This document shows, in pieces, positions 27,658 through 37,615 of a DNA stretch of 64,000 nt. The notes under the pieces were generated by a model that was not told where the DNA came from, did not search any database, and saw nothing but the letters and a program-made list of their open reading frames with translations. Source of the DNA: Alphaproteobacteria bacterium (lineage in GTDB: Bacteria > Pseudomonadota > Alphaproteobacteria > UBA8366); the NCBI GenBank assembly GCA_965228975.1, contig OZ245851.1:4405953-4469952 (forward strand). The letters run 5' to 3'. The translations under genes were made by a program, and so were the position numbers. The number at the start of each line of letters is the position of its first letter. Positions within the stretch are counted from its first letter, which is position 1.

Positions 27658-30600
27658 ATGCGTTTCACGCATTTTTTCGTCGACCATCCGATCTTCGCAA
27701 CCGTCATCTCGGTGTTGATCACCTTGCTCGGCGCGATTTCCTATTTCAGCCTGCCGGTCGCGCAGTATCCCGAAGTCGCGCCGCCGACGATTCAGGTCAC
27801 CGCGACCTATCCCGGCGCCTCCGCCGAGACGATCGCCGACACCGTGGCGACGCCGATCGAGCAGGAAATCAACGGCATCGAGAACATGCTCTACATGCGC
27901 TCGGAATCCACGGGCGACGGGCGTCTGACGCTGACCGTGACCTTCAAGCTCGGCACCGATCTGGATTTCTCGCAGGTGCTGGTCCAGAACCGGGTCGCGA
28001 TCGCCGAGGCCCGCTTGCCCGAACCGGTGCGCCGCCTCGGCGTGACCGTGCAAAAAAGCTCGCCCGACTTGATGATGGTGATCCATCTGCTGTCGCCCGA
28101 CAACTCACGCGACCAGCTCTATATTTCGAACTACGGCCGAACCCAGATCGTCGACCGCCTCGCCCGCATCAACGGCGTCGGCGAGGCGCGAATTTTCGCC
28201 GAACGCGCCTATTCCATGCGCATCTGGCTCGACCCGGAACGTGCGGCCAGCTTCAACATCACCCCCGGAGAGGTCGTCGACGCCCTGCGGCAGAACAACG
28301 TGCAGGTCGCCTCCGGCATCATCAACCAATTGCCGGTGCCCAATCCGGGCGCTTTCGAGATCAATGTCGAGACGCAGGGGCGCCTGATCGCCCCGGATGC
28401 TTTCGGCAATATCGTGGTCAAACGCGGCGAGGGCACATCGACCGTGCGGGTCCAAGACATCGCCCGCGTCGAACTGGGATCGCAGGACTACTCGACCATC
28501 GGCTATCTCGACAAGTCGACGGCGCTGCCGATTCTGATCTTTCAGCGGCCGGGCTCGAACGCGCTGGAGACGGCCGACGAGTTGCAGCGAACGATGAACG
28601 AACTGGCCGAGGATTTTCCGCCCGGCCTCAAACACACGATCGTCTATAACCCGACCGAGTTCATCGAGGAATCGGTGGATGCCGTCTACATGACGCTTAT
28701 CGAGGCGGTGATCCTCGTCGTCCTCGTTGTCGTGGTTTTCCTGCAGAACCTCCGCGCCGCCTTTATTCCGATCATCGCGATCCCGATTTCGCTGGTCGGC
28801 ACCTTCCTGGTCATGGCCGCGTTGGGCTATTCGATCAACAATCTAACGCTGTTCGGTCTGGTCCTGGCGATCGGCGTCGTTGTCGACGACGCCATCGTGG
28901 TCGTCGAGAACGTCGAGCGCTACATCGCGCAAGGGATGAGCGCGGCGGAGGCCGCCCATAAGACGATGGACGAGGTCGGCTCCGCCCTTGTCGCAATGTC
29001 GTTGGTGCTGGTCGCAGTGTTCGTGCCGACCGCCTTCATCGAGGGCATCTCGGGCCAGTTCTACCGGCAATTCGCGGTGACCATCGCGACCGCCACCATG
29101 TTCTCGCTGGTCGTTTCGCTGACCCTTTCGCCGGCTCTCTGCGCATTGTTGCTGAAGAATACCGGCACCCAGCGCAAACAGAACCCGGTAATCTCTTCCG
29201 TCCTGTGGCCATTCCGCAAATTCGCCGATGGATTCAACTGGATCTTTCACCGCATGGGCAACGCATATGCCGGATTCACCCGGCGCGCGGTTCGCATGAC
29301 GCTGATCGTCATGATCGTCTACGCGGGATTGATCGGGTTGACGGTGCACCAGTTCCGCACCGCCCCGACCGGCTTCATCCCCGATCAGGACCAGGGATAC
29401 CTGATCACGGTGATCCAACTGCCCGCCGGATCCAGCCTGGCGCGCACCGATGCGGTCGTGAAACGCGCGGTAAATAAGATTCTCGAACATCCCGAAGTCG
29501 AACACGCGGTCGGCTTTGCCGGATTCGACGGAGCGACCTTTACCAATGCGCCCAATACCGGCGCGATCTTCTTCACGATGAAGGATTTCAACGAGCGGGC
29601 GGGCCGCGGCGCGACCGCGCAAAAAATCCTGGGCGAGGTTCAGGGCAGCCTGTTCCAGATTCAGGAAGCCTTCATCTTCATCGTGGCGCCGCCGCCGGTC
29701 CGAGGGATCGGCAATAGCGGCGGCTGGAAACTGTATGTGCAGGATCGCCGCGGCCGCGGCATCGGCGCGCTCGAAGCGGCGACCAACGAGTTGATCCAGG
29801 CGGCAAACCAGGACCCGAGCCTGACCCAGGTCTTCACCTTGTTCAATACGGCGACGCCGAAGATCTATGCGGATATCGACCGCACCCGCGCCGAAATCCT
29901 GGACGTGCCGGCCGACCGCGTGCTCGAGGCGCTCGAGGTGTTCATCGGCTCGGTCTATATCAACGACTTCAATTTTTTGGGCCGAACCTATCGCGTGACC
30001 GCGCAGGCCGACGGCGCCTATCGCGACGACCCCGGCGACATTGCCAAACTGCGCGCCCGCTCGACGTCCGGCGCCATGGTGCCGCTGGGGTCGGTCGCCA
30101 CATTCCGCGACATCACCGGCCCGCACCGGGTACCGCGCTACAATCTTTACCCTGCAACCGAGGTGATCGGCGCCACCGCACCCGGCGTCTCCACGGGCGA
30201 CGCCATCGAAAAGGTGGAGGCAATCGCCGATCGCGTACTGCCCAGCGGCTTCGACATCGAGTGGACCGAGCTCGCCTTGCAGGAAAAGCTGGCCGGCGAT
30301 ACCGCCCTTATCGCTTTCGGACTCGCGGTGGTCTTCGTCTTTCTGCTGTTGGCCGCGATGTATGAAAGCTGGCTGCTGCCGCTTGCCGTGATCCTGATCG
30401 TGCCGATGTGTCTGCTCGCCGCCCTCGTCGGTATCGGATTGCGCGGCATCGACAGCAATATCCTGGTGCAAATCGGGTTCGTGGTCCTGATCGGCCTCGC
30501 GGCGAAAAACGCGATCCTGATCGTCGAATTCGCCAAGCAGGCGGAAGAAGAAGGCATGAGCCGGATCGACGCCGCCGTGGAAGCCGCCCGTGTGCGCCTG

Positions 30601-30828
30601 CGCCCGATCCTGATGACGGCGCTCGCCTTTATCCTGGGTGTCCTGCCATTGGCCATCGCGACGGGCGCCGGCGCCGAAATGCGCCGTGCGCTCGGAACCG
30701 CGGTGTTCTCGGGTATGCTTGGCGTCACGATTTTCGGGCTATTGTTCACGCCGGCCTTCTATGTGGTGTGTCGATGGATCGCATCGCTGCGGGGTTCGTC
30801 GGACGAGAATGCGGAAACGACACCCTAG
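27658..30828 (+). CDS. RND multidrug efflux permease (AcrB/HAE1 family)
   Basis: Start at MRFTHFFVDHPIFATVISVLI. About 1056 aa with a 12-TM architecture and two large periplasmic loops. Confidence 0.9.
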   Translation: MRFTHFFVDHPIFATVISVLITLLGAISYFSLPVAQYPEVAPPTIQVTATYPGASAETIADTVATPIEQEINGIENMLYMRSESTGDGRLTLTVTFKLGTDLDFSQVLVQNRVAIAEARLPEPVRRLGVTVQKSSPDLMMVIHLLSPDNSRDQLYISNYGRTQIVDRLARINGVGEARIFAERAYSMRIWLDPERAASFNITPGEVVDALRQNNVQVASGIINQLPVPNPGAFEINVETQGRLIAPDAFGNIVVKRGEGTSTVRVQDIARVELGSQDYSTIGYLDKSTALPILIFQRPGSNALETADELQRTMNELAEDFPPGLKHTIVYNPTEFIEESVDAVYMTLIEAVILVVLVVVVFLQNLRAAFIPIIAIPISLVGTFLVMAALGYSINNLTLFGLVLAIGVVVDDAIVVVENVERYIAQGMSAAEAAHKTMDEVGSALVAMSLVLVAVFVPTAFIEGISGQFYRQFAVTIATATMFSLVVSLTLSPALCALLLKNTGTQRKQNPVISSVLWPFRKFADGFNWIFHRMGNAYAGFTRRAVRMTLIVMIVYAGLIGLTVHQFRTAPTGFIPDQDQGYLITVIQLPAGSSLARTDAVVKRAVNKILEHPEVEHAVGFAGFDGATFTNAPNTGAIFFTMKDFNERAGRGATAQKILGEVQGSLFQIQEAFIFIVAPPPVRGIGNSGGWKLYVQDRRGRGIGALEAATNELIQAANQDPSLTQVFTLFNTATPKIYADIDRTRAEILDVPADRVLEALEVFIGSVYINDFNFLGRTYRVTAQADGAYRDDPGDIAKLRARSTSGAMVPLGSVATFRDITGPHRVPRYNLYPATEVIGATAPGVSTGDAIEKVEAIADRVLPSGFDIEWTELALQEKLAGDTALIAFGLAVVFVFLLLAAMYESWLLPLAVILIVPMCLLAALVGIGLRGIDSNILVQIGFVVLIGLAAKNAILIVEFAKQAEEEGMSRIDAAVEAARVRLRPILMTALAFILGVLPLAIATGAGAEMRRALGTAVFSGMLGVTIFGLLFTPAFYVVCRWIASLRGSSDENAETTP

Positions 30829-30866
30829 GCCCATCCACCCGACCTCATCCCTGGATTGCATCGATT

Positions 30867-30889
30867 GTCGGAAAAGATCTTTTCCCGAC
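30867..30889 (+). terminator. Palindromic stem-loop downstream of the RND gene (terminator or protein-binding palindrome)
   Basis: GTCGG-AAAAGATCTTTT-C-CCGAC. The inner 12-mer is a perfect palindrome. Confidence 0.35.
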
Positions 30890-31058
30890 AGCGTGAGCAA
30901 ACGCATTTATCGAAGGTTGACCCAGATCAATGCCGGCCCGTGCCGGACCGGCTAACGAAGTGGTTGGGGGCATATGCAACCGGTCGGCTGCCCGGAATTC
31001 GGGCAAGCGGACGGTTTCGAGTGTGCCAACAAACGGAAGCTACAACGGGCCCTATCAG

Positions 31059-31499
31059 ATGCCAAAATCGACAACTTGGATCCTGGTTTGCGACAGTCAG
31101 CAGGCCCGCATTTTTGAAATTGCCGGAAAAGGCCGCATTGATTTCCTAGGCGACTACAGATCCGAGTTACCGCCGAACCGAGAGATCGAGGCCGATCGGC
31201 CGGGCCGTACGTTCGACCGGGCCGGGCCCGGGCGGCATGCGATGGAGCCTCGGCACGATGCCCATCGGCAAGCCAAACGAATTTTCCTTCGCGCGATGGC
31301 CGAGCGGCTCGACCGGTCCTGCCGCAGCGGCGATTTCACCGACCTCGTGGTCATCGCGCCGCCGACCGCCCTGGGGGATTTGCGGTCCGAATTTTCCGAA
31401 CGGATTCAATCGGCCTTGGTGCAGGAACATGCGAAAGAAGTCTCGGGCTTGTCCGAACCCGACCTCGTGGATTACCTGAAGCGGATCGACGTGATTTAA
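31059..31499 (+). CDS. Host-attachment (AtsE/Host_attach-like) family protein
   Basis: ATG at 31059 (MPKSTTWILVCDSQQARIFE...). Motifs DRPGRTFDRAGPGRHAMEP and LVVIAPPTALGDLR, matching my recollection of this family. Confidence 0.5.
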   Translation: MPKSTTWILVCDSQQARIFEIAGKGRIDFLGDYRSELPPNREIEADRPGRTFDRAGPGRHAMEPRHDAHRQAKRIFLRAMAERLDRSCRSGDFTDLVVIAPPTALGDLRSEFSERIQSALVQEHAKEVSGLSEPDLVDYLKRIDVI

Positions 31500-31653
31500 C
31501 CGTCCGACGCGGTCGACAATCAGGAAGTGGTTTGCCGGCCCGGTCCATGCCCAACGCTAGAAAATAGGGTGGCCCATCTGATCGCCGGCCATGTACCATA
31601 ACTCGTGTTCGACCCAACGGATCACTAGGCCTACGCTGATCAGGAGAGCATCG

Positions 31654-32466
31654 ATGCCCACCGCCCCCGTTCGGGACATCACCGAAGACGAAATTCGCGC
31701 CTATGAGGAAGACGGCGTTGTCCATCTGAAGGGACTGTTCGCGGCCGAATGGGTCGAGATGCTGCGGGAACGGGCGGACCATGTGCTGGCCAACCCGGGA
31801 AAACTGTCCCATGAATTGGCCCGCGAGGACGGCCGCTTTTTCAGCGATACTTTTCTTTGGCACCAGCATGACGGCTTTCGCGACTTTATATATGACTCAC
31901 CGGCTGCCGCGATCGTCGGCCAAATGATGCGGTCGGCGAAGATCAACATCGTCTTCGACCAATTTCTGATCAAGGAACCGGAGACCGACGAGCCGACCGT
32001 CTGGCACCACGATTTGACCTATTGGCCGATCAAGGGCCGGCAGGTGTCGACGTTGTGGCTGGCGCTCGACCCCGTCACCGAAGAGTCGGGCTCGATGGAA
32101 TTCGTGAAGGGTTCGCATAAGTGGGGCCAGCGGTTTCATCCGGTCGCGTTTGTCGATCCGGACAAATACAAGACCGAGGAACCGCCGGTTCCCGACATCG
32201 ACGCCATGCGCGACGCGTTGGAGTTTACCCGCTTCGATTACGAGCCGGGCGACTGCACCGTGCATCAAGGACTGCTGGTGCATGCGGCCGGCGGCAACAA
32301 GCGTAAGGACCGGCGGCGGCGCGCCTATGTTACGCGATGGGCCGGCGACGATGTGGTCTACGACCCGCGTCCGAAAATCCAGCCGATGCTCTGGGAACCC
32401 GACATGCCGGCCGGCGCCGCACTGGACAGCGACCTCTGGCCAAGGGTATGGGAAAGGGCAGCCTAG
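31654..32466 (+). CDS. Phytanoyl-CoA dioxygenase (PhyH) family Fe(II)/2-oxoglutarate oxygenase
   Basis: ATG at 31654 preceded by AGGAGA. WHHDLTYWP (H-x-D) and a distal His (TVHQGLLVHAAGGN). Confidence 0.75.
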   Translation: MPTAPVRDITEDEIRAYEEDGVVHLKGLFAAEWVEMLRERADHVLANPGKLSHELAREDGRFFSDTFLWHQHDGFRDFIYDSPAAAIVGQMMRSAKINIVFDQFLIKEPETDEPTVWHHDLTYWPIKGRQVSTLWLALDPVTEESGSMEFVKGSHKWGQRFHPVAFVDPDKYKTEEPPVPDIDAMRDALEFTRFDYEPGDCTVHQGLLVHAAGGNKRKDRRRRAYVTRWAGDDVVYDPRPKIQPMLWEPDMPAGAALDSDLWPRVWERAA

Positions 32467-32532
32467 GGCCCGCGCCGCCACATCCTTCCAGCCTTCCAGC
32501 GCGCGTCCGCCCCAACCGAAAAGGATGCGCAG

Positions 32533-34707
32533 ATGACGTTGCTCGCGGGATTCCGTATGGTGCAACTCGGCCCCGGCCTCGCCGCCGCAGTGTGCGGGCG
32601 CCTGTTCGCGGATTCCGGCGCCACCGTCACCGCCGTCGATGCAACGACGTCCACCCCGCTGGAACTCTATCTGAACACCGGCAAGGCGTCCGCGAACGAC
32701 GCCGCGGCACGGGACGCCATCGCCACGGCCGACCTCGTCGTCTGCGAAGGCGCGCCCGGCGATCTCCGTGATCAGGGCCGCGATGCGGACAGTCTGCGCG
32801 GAACGGCCAAGACCGCCGCGATCGCCATGATCTCGAATTTCGGGCAGACCGGCCCGCGCGCCGAAAATCCCGCCACCGACCTGACCTTGTTCTATGCCAG
32901 CGGCATGGCGCGCCTGCTGACCGGGCAGGTGACCGATCTGACCGAAGCGCCGATGCGCCCGGTCGGGGAACAGTCGGCCTTTATCGGCGGCATCGCCGCA
33001 GCCTGCGCCGGCATGCATGCGGTCCTGTTCCCCGGTGACGATGCCAGGATCGACATCTCGATCCAAGAGGTCTTGGCGACATTGGCGATCACCGAACTGG
33101 CGCGCGCGGGTCAGACGGGAAAATGCTGGTCCCGAAAGCGCGTGAAGGACGGCAACGGTGCGACGGTCACCATTCTTCCCGCCACGGACGGCTACACGGC
33201 GATTTCGCCGCGCGAGGATCGGCAATGGGCCGCTTGGCTCGCGGCGATGGGCGACCCGGATTGGGGCGGCGACCCGCGTTTCGCCACCAAGCCGGACCGC
33301 GTCGAGAACTGGGACGCGCTGCACGCCTTGATGTTGGACTGGAGCCGCCAACACGATAAGCAGTGGATCGCCGACACCGCGCAAGCCGCCCACGTGCCGA
33401 GCTTTCCGCTGCGCGAGCCCGCCGAACAACTCGAGTCGCCGCAACTGGCACACCGCGAATTCTATGCGACGTTGGACATCGACGGACGGGCGGTGAAAAC
33501 GCCGTCCGCACCGTTCCGGCTTGCCTATAGCGGCGACAAGGCGGCAACCACGGAGGCCCCGGCGCCGCCGGGCCCGCTTCCGTTGTCGGGTGTCCGGGTC
33601 CTGGACTTCAGCTGGGTCATCGCCGGGCCGACCGCGACCCGGCATCTCGCCGCCATGGGCGCGGAGGTCATCAAGGTCGAGGCCCCGGGTCCGGGCGATC
33701 CGGGCCGCGCCTCGGAACTGCACATGGTGCTTGGCCAGGCGAAAAAAGCGATCGTCCTGAACCTGAAGAACCCGGACGCGGTCGAAATCGCGACCGCCCT
33801 CGCCGCGAAATCCGATGTACTGATCGAGAATTTCGCGACCGGCGTGATGGAGCGGCTGGGCCTAGGGGCGGCGGATCTTCAACAGGCCAACCCGGACCTC
33901 ATTTACCTTTCCGCGTCGGGCCTCGGTCGGACCGGGCCGGAGTCGGGCGCCGTCGCCTATGGCACCCTGTTGCAATGCTATGCGGGATTCGCCGGCCTCA
34001 ACCGGCACCCCGAGAACCCGCCTCGGATCGGTTTCGCGTGGCTCGACCCCATGTGCGGCCTCATGCTGCCCTTCGTCGTGGCGTCGGCACTCTGGCAGCG
34101 GCGGCGGGACGGACGCGGCGTCCGGATCGACTTTTCCATGATCGAGGCGATGCTCTGGACCATGGCGCAGCCGCTTCTGACGACACAACTCGACGCGCCG
34201 CCCCCGCCGGCGGGGAACTTCGCCCCGCAGGCGGCACCGCATAACGCCTATCGCTGCGCGGGCGACGACAACTGGCTCGCCGTCGCCGTAACCCGGGAAA
34301 CCGAATGGAAAAGGCTCTGCGCCGCCGTGCCGCCGCTTGCCGCGATGGCCGGATACGGGTTGTGGGAGCGGCTGGCGGCACGCGACGCGATCGACGCCGT
34401 CCTCGGCGACTGGGCGCGCCCGTTGTCCGCGGAAAGCGCCGCCGACACACTGACCGGGGCCGGCGTTCCCGCCGCCGCGCTCGCGACGTCACGCGACCTG
34501 GTCGACGATCCTCATCTCAACGACCGGGGTTTCTGGGACACGCAGGACAGCGGCGTTTTGCCCGGCCTGCCTTGGCGGTCGAATTTCGGCCGCACGGCCG
34601 GCTCGGCGCCCGACCTCGGAGCCGATACCGACGCCGTGCTGCGGGACGTCCTCGGCCTATCGGACGACCGGATCGCCGAGTTGCGCGTTGCCGGGGCGCT
34701 CGGCTAG
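32533..34707 (+). CDS. Tandem-domain family III (CaiB/BaiF) CoA-transferase
   Basis: 724 aa. The second half starts with the canonical LSGVRVLDFSWVIAGPTATRHLAAMGAEVIKVE. The first half (GFRMVQLGPGLAAAVCGRLFADSGATVTAVD) is a diverged copy of the same fold. Confidence 0.75.
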   Translation: MTLLAGFRMVQLGPGLAAAVCGRLFADSGATVTAVDATTSTPLELYLNTGKASANDAAARDAIATADLVVCEGAPGDLRDQGRDADSLRGTAKTAAIAMISNFGQTGPRAENPATDLTLFYASGMARLLTGQVTDLTEAPMRPVGEQSAFIGGIAAACAGMHAVLFPGDDARIDISIQEVLATLAITELARAGQTGKCWSRKRVKDGNGATVTILPATDGYTAISPREDRQWAAWLAAMGDPDWGGDPRFATKPDRVENWDALHALMLDWSRQHDKQWIADTAQAAHVPSFPLREPAEQLESPQLAHREFYATLDIDGRAVKTPSAPFRLAYSGDKAATTEAPAPPGPLPLSGVRVLDFSWVIAGPTATRHLAAMGAEVIKVEAPGPGDPGRASELHMVLGQAKKAIVLNLKNPDAVEIATALAAKSDVLIENFATGVMERLGLGAADLQQANPDLIYLSASGLGRTGPESGAVAYGTLLQCYAGFAGLNRHPENPPRIGFAWLDPMCGLMLPFVVASALWQRRRDGRGVRIDFSMIEAMLWTMAQPLLTTQLDAPPPPAGNFAPQAAPHNAYRCAGDDNWLAVAVTRETEWKRLCAAVPPLAAMAGYGLWERLAARDAIDAVLGDWARPLSAESAADTLTGAGVPAAALATSRDLVDDPHLNDRGFWDTQDSGVLPGLPWRSNFGRTAGSAPDLGADTDAVLRDVLGLSDDRIAELRVAGALG

Positions 34708-34716
34708 CGCGCGGGT

Positions 34717-35634
34717 TCAGAACTCGCCGCTGCGATAGGCTTCGTCGAGGCGCTTCGCCTCTTCTTCCGACAATTCGTCCCACGCCTCGCCACGCCGCCG
34801 CAACGCGCCGGTGAAGTTGGGCGGGCGTTTCTCGTTGAACGCCTCTCGGCCTTCCTCGCCGTCCACGGTGGTCTGGATCAGCATCGAGTTGATCAGGTTC
34901 TGGACGTGCCAGGCCTGATCGGTCGGCAGGTTGCCGAAGCGGACCACGAACTCCTTCATCATCCGCACGGCGACCGGCGGCATCTTGACGATATGGCGGG
35001 CCATCTTCTCCGCCCGTTCCATCAATTCGGCATGGGGGGCTATTTCGTTGATCAGCCCGATCCGCAGGGCTTCCTCGGCATCGAACGGCTCGTCGGTCAG
35101 CAGGATCTTCATCGCATCGATGTATCGAAGCTGCTGGATCAACAGGCTCGCGCCCGGGCCGTGGCCGAGCCAACCCTGGGACAGCAAGGCGAACTTGAAC
35201 CGGGCATGCTCGGCGCTGGCGATCCGGATGTCGGTCGACGCGAGCAACAGATAGAGCCCAGCGCCCGCGGCCCAGCCGTTCACCGCCGCGATGATCGGCT
35301 TCCAGACCCGCGGATAGTGATCGCCCATCCGCCCGTCGACACCGGTCTGCTGGCCATGCACGGTTCCGGCCAGCGGCCAATAGATGCGGTTGGTCCGGAG
35401 ATATTCGCGATCCTCGTCGGTGAGGTCGGGTCGAGGCGCCAGGTTATGGCCGCCGCAGAAATGCCGGTCGCCGGCACCGGTGACGATACCGCAGCGGATA
35501 TCCCGATCCTCCCATAGGTCGACCCATGCCGCCGAGATATCGTCCGACGTCGCCTTGTCGAGGATGTTCGCTTTGTCGATGTTGTTGATGGTGATATACG
35601 CGACGCCGTCGCGTTTCTCGTATTCGATGGCCAA
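34717..35634 (-). CDS. Enoyl-CoA hydratase/isomerase (crotonase) family protein
   Basis: ITINNIDKANILD, FCGGHNL and AAVNGWAAGAGLYLLLASD motifs. Confidence 0.8.
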   Translation of the reverse strand: MAIEYEKRDGVAYITINNIDKANILDKATSDDISAAWVDLWEDRDIRCGIVTGAGDRHFCGGHNLAPRPDLTDEDREYLRTNRIYWPLAGTVHGQQTGVDGRMGDHYPRVWKPIIAAVNGWAAGAGLYLLLASTDIRIASAEHARFKFALLSQGWLGHGPGASLLIQQLRYIDAMKILLTDEPFDAEEALRIGLINEIAPHAELMERAEKMARHIVKMPPVAVRMMKEFVVRFGNLPTDQAWHVQNLINSMLIQTTVDGEEGREAFNEKRPPNFTGALRRRGEAWDELSEEEAKRLDEAYRSGEF

Positions 35635-35781
35635 GTCGGTACCCTCCCGTGCCCAGATGTTGCCGCCGCCACGAAGCCGCGCCCCGGCATTGTCCCGTTT
35701 ATCCGGGCCGGCGACAAACGCATTGCGCCCCGCGCGGCGGTTCCACCGGGCGGGGCGCGTTTTCGGTGTCGAACGGAAACC

Positions 35782-36726
35782 CTATTCGGCGGCGAGCATG
35801 GTGGATTCGGGCACGCGGTACCCGTAGCGCTCCTCCAAACCCAGCTCCTTCACCAACCGAAGGCCCCGCGCGAGATGTTCACCGGTCAACGCATTCAACG
35901 GTTTGCGCATCGGACCCGCCGGCATGCCGACGGCGGCCAACAGCGACTTGACCGGGACGGGGTTGATCGCCGAATAGGCGAAATGCAGCATCGGCAGGTT
36001 CTTCAGATAGGCGTCGCGGAAGCGTGCCGACTGCGCCGGATCGTCCCACGGCGTCGAAATTTCCACCATCTCCCGCGGGATGATGTTGCCGGTCATGTTC
36101 GCGGTGCCATGTCCGCCCAACGACATTGTCGGCACGACAAGGCCGAGGTTCGGCGAGCAGCAACACATGATGGAAATGTCGGGCTTGGCGGCGCATACCT
36201 GCGCGACCTGCGCGACACGGCCGGTCGATTCCTTGTTCACCTGGACGTTCGGATGCGCGGCGATCTCGAGGATTTCGTCGGCGGAAAGGTCCGTCTGGAC
36301 CCGCGGCGGGTTGTTGTAGATGCCGATGGGAATGGGCGACGCGTCGGCGACATCGAGGAAGAACCGGACGATGTCCTGCGTCGACGCGCAGATATAGGCG
36401 GGCGCGGCAATGACGGCGCCATCCGCGCCTTCACCGGCCGCCTGGATCACGTAATCGATCGTCGCCTCGGTCGTCGGGCCGGTGCAGCCATACCAATGTT
36501 CCATCGACCCCTTCTTCATCGGCATGGTTTCCGCGACGATGCGGTGGCGTTCTTCCGGGGTCAGCATCGACACCTCGCCCGACGACCCCATGATGAGGAC
36601 CGCCGATGTGCCGGCGTCGCGCTGGAAATCCAAGAGCGTTTCGAACCCGGCCATATCGATCGAGTAATCTGCGTTCATCGGCGTGATCATTGCGACGAAG
36701 GATCCGGTGATTAGGTTCTTCCCCAT
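35782..36726 (-). CDS. Dihydrodipicolinate synthase (DapA)-family lyase/aldolase
   Basis: GSFVAMITPM...GTSAVLIMGSSGE, IGIYNNPPR and VNKEST (Schiff-base Lys region). Confidence 0.8.
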   Translation of the reverse strand: MGKNLITGSFVAMITPMNADYSIDMAGFETLLDFQRDAGTSAVLIMGSSGEVSMLTPEERHRIVAETMPMKKGSMEHWYGCTGPTTEATIDYVIQAAGEGADGAVIAAPAYICASTQDIVRFFLDVADASPIPIGIYNNPPRVQTDLSADEILEIAAHPNVQVNKESTGRVAQVAQVCAAKPDISIMCCCSPNLGLVVPTMSLGGHGTANMTGNIIPREMVEISTPWDDPAQSARFRDAYLKNLPMLHFAYSAINPVPVKSLLAAVGMPAGPMRKPLNALTGEHLARGLRLVKELGLEERYGYRVPESTMLAAE

Positions 36727-36792
36727 GTCGGGTCTCCCAAATTTAGCGTGCTGTGCGCCGGAGCTGGATGCCCCGTCATGATCGCTCCGGGC

Positions 36793-37584
36793 CTACTTGT
36801 CTCCATAACTCACGGCCATCCCCTCGGCGGGATCGGCCTGCGGACCATACGGCATGATCGGATAGCGTATTCCGGAACGGCTTAGTCCTTCCATCCCTTC
36901 GATGCCGCGCGCCAACTCGTCCGGCGGCAATGCCATGAGCAATTCGTCATCGGCCACGCCGCCGTACCGCCGCTCGGCGAAACAGGGGATCGACAGGCTG
37001 GTCTCGCGCGTCGCGAGCGCCCGGCCCCAAGAATCGGAACAGGCGGTCTCGCCGGTTATCGTGAAATCGTATCGCTTGTACTGTTTCCATTGCAGGCCGT
37101 TGACGAACAGGATCATTTGTCCCGGCGTGGCGTAGAACAACACGATATCCGGCGGGTCGAGCCGCGCCGTCCGCAACGGTGATATGACGATGCCGGAAAA
37201 CCGGTCGGGCGGAACACGGGTCATCTGCGCCTGATGCTGGCGCGCCGCTTCCTGGTTTTCGAACCACACACCGACAAACCGCTCGCCGGACAGGTATTGC
37301 GGCGATGGCTTGCACAATCCCGGCACGCCGCCGCAATTACTGTCGGATTGAAGGTTCTCGGCCGTGATGCCAAGGGTCAAACCGGCCACGCGGCTGTGGG
37401 TCACGAGCTGGCACATGGTGTGCCGGACCCCCGCCTTGGGCCGCCGTAACCGGGGCACGGCATCCATCTCGGCCTGATCGTCGAACAGCTTCATGCCGAC
37501 CGGCAATGTCCGCAGGCTCAGCAACGCGGTGAGCCGTTCCGAAAGCTCCTTGAGCTCGCCTCCTCCCAATCGCTGTTCCGGCAT
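36793..37584 (-). CDS. DUF169-family protein (function unknown)
   Basis: 263 aa. LPVGMKLF, MCQLV and SIPCFAERRYGG...DELLMALP resemble the DUF169 pattern as I recall it. Confidence 0.55.
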   Translation of the reverse strand: MPEQRLGGGELKELSERLTALLSLRTLPVGMKLFDDQAEMDAVPRLRRPKAGVRHTMCQLVTHSRVAGLTLGITAENLQSDSNCGGVPGLCKPSPQYLSGERFVGVWFENQEAARQHQAQMTRVPPDRFSGIVISPLRTARLDPPDIVLFYATPGQMILFVNGLQWKQYKRYDFTITGETACSDSWGRALATRETSLSIPCFAERRYGGVADDELLMALPPDELARGIEGMEGLSRSGIRYPIMPYGPQADPAEGMAVSYGDK

Positions 37585-37615
37585 GGGCGCTCCTACTTTT
37601 TTGCTGGGTTTTCGA

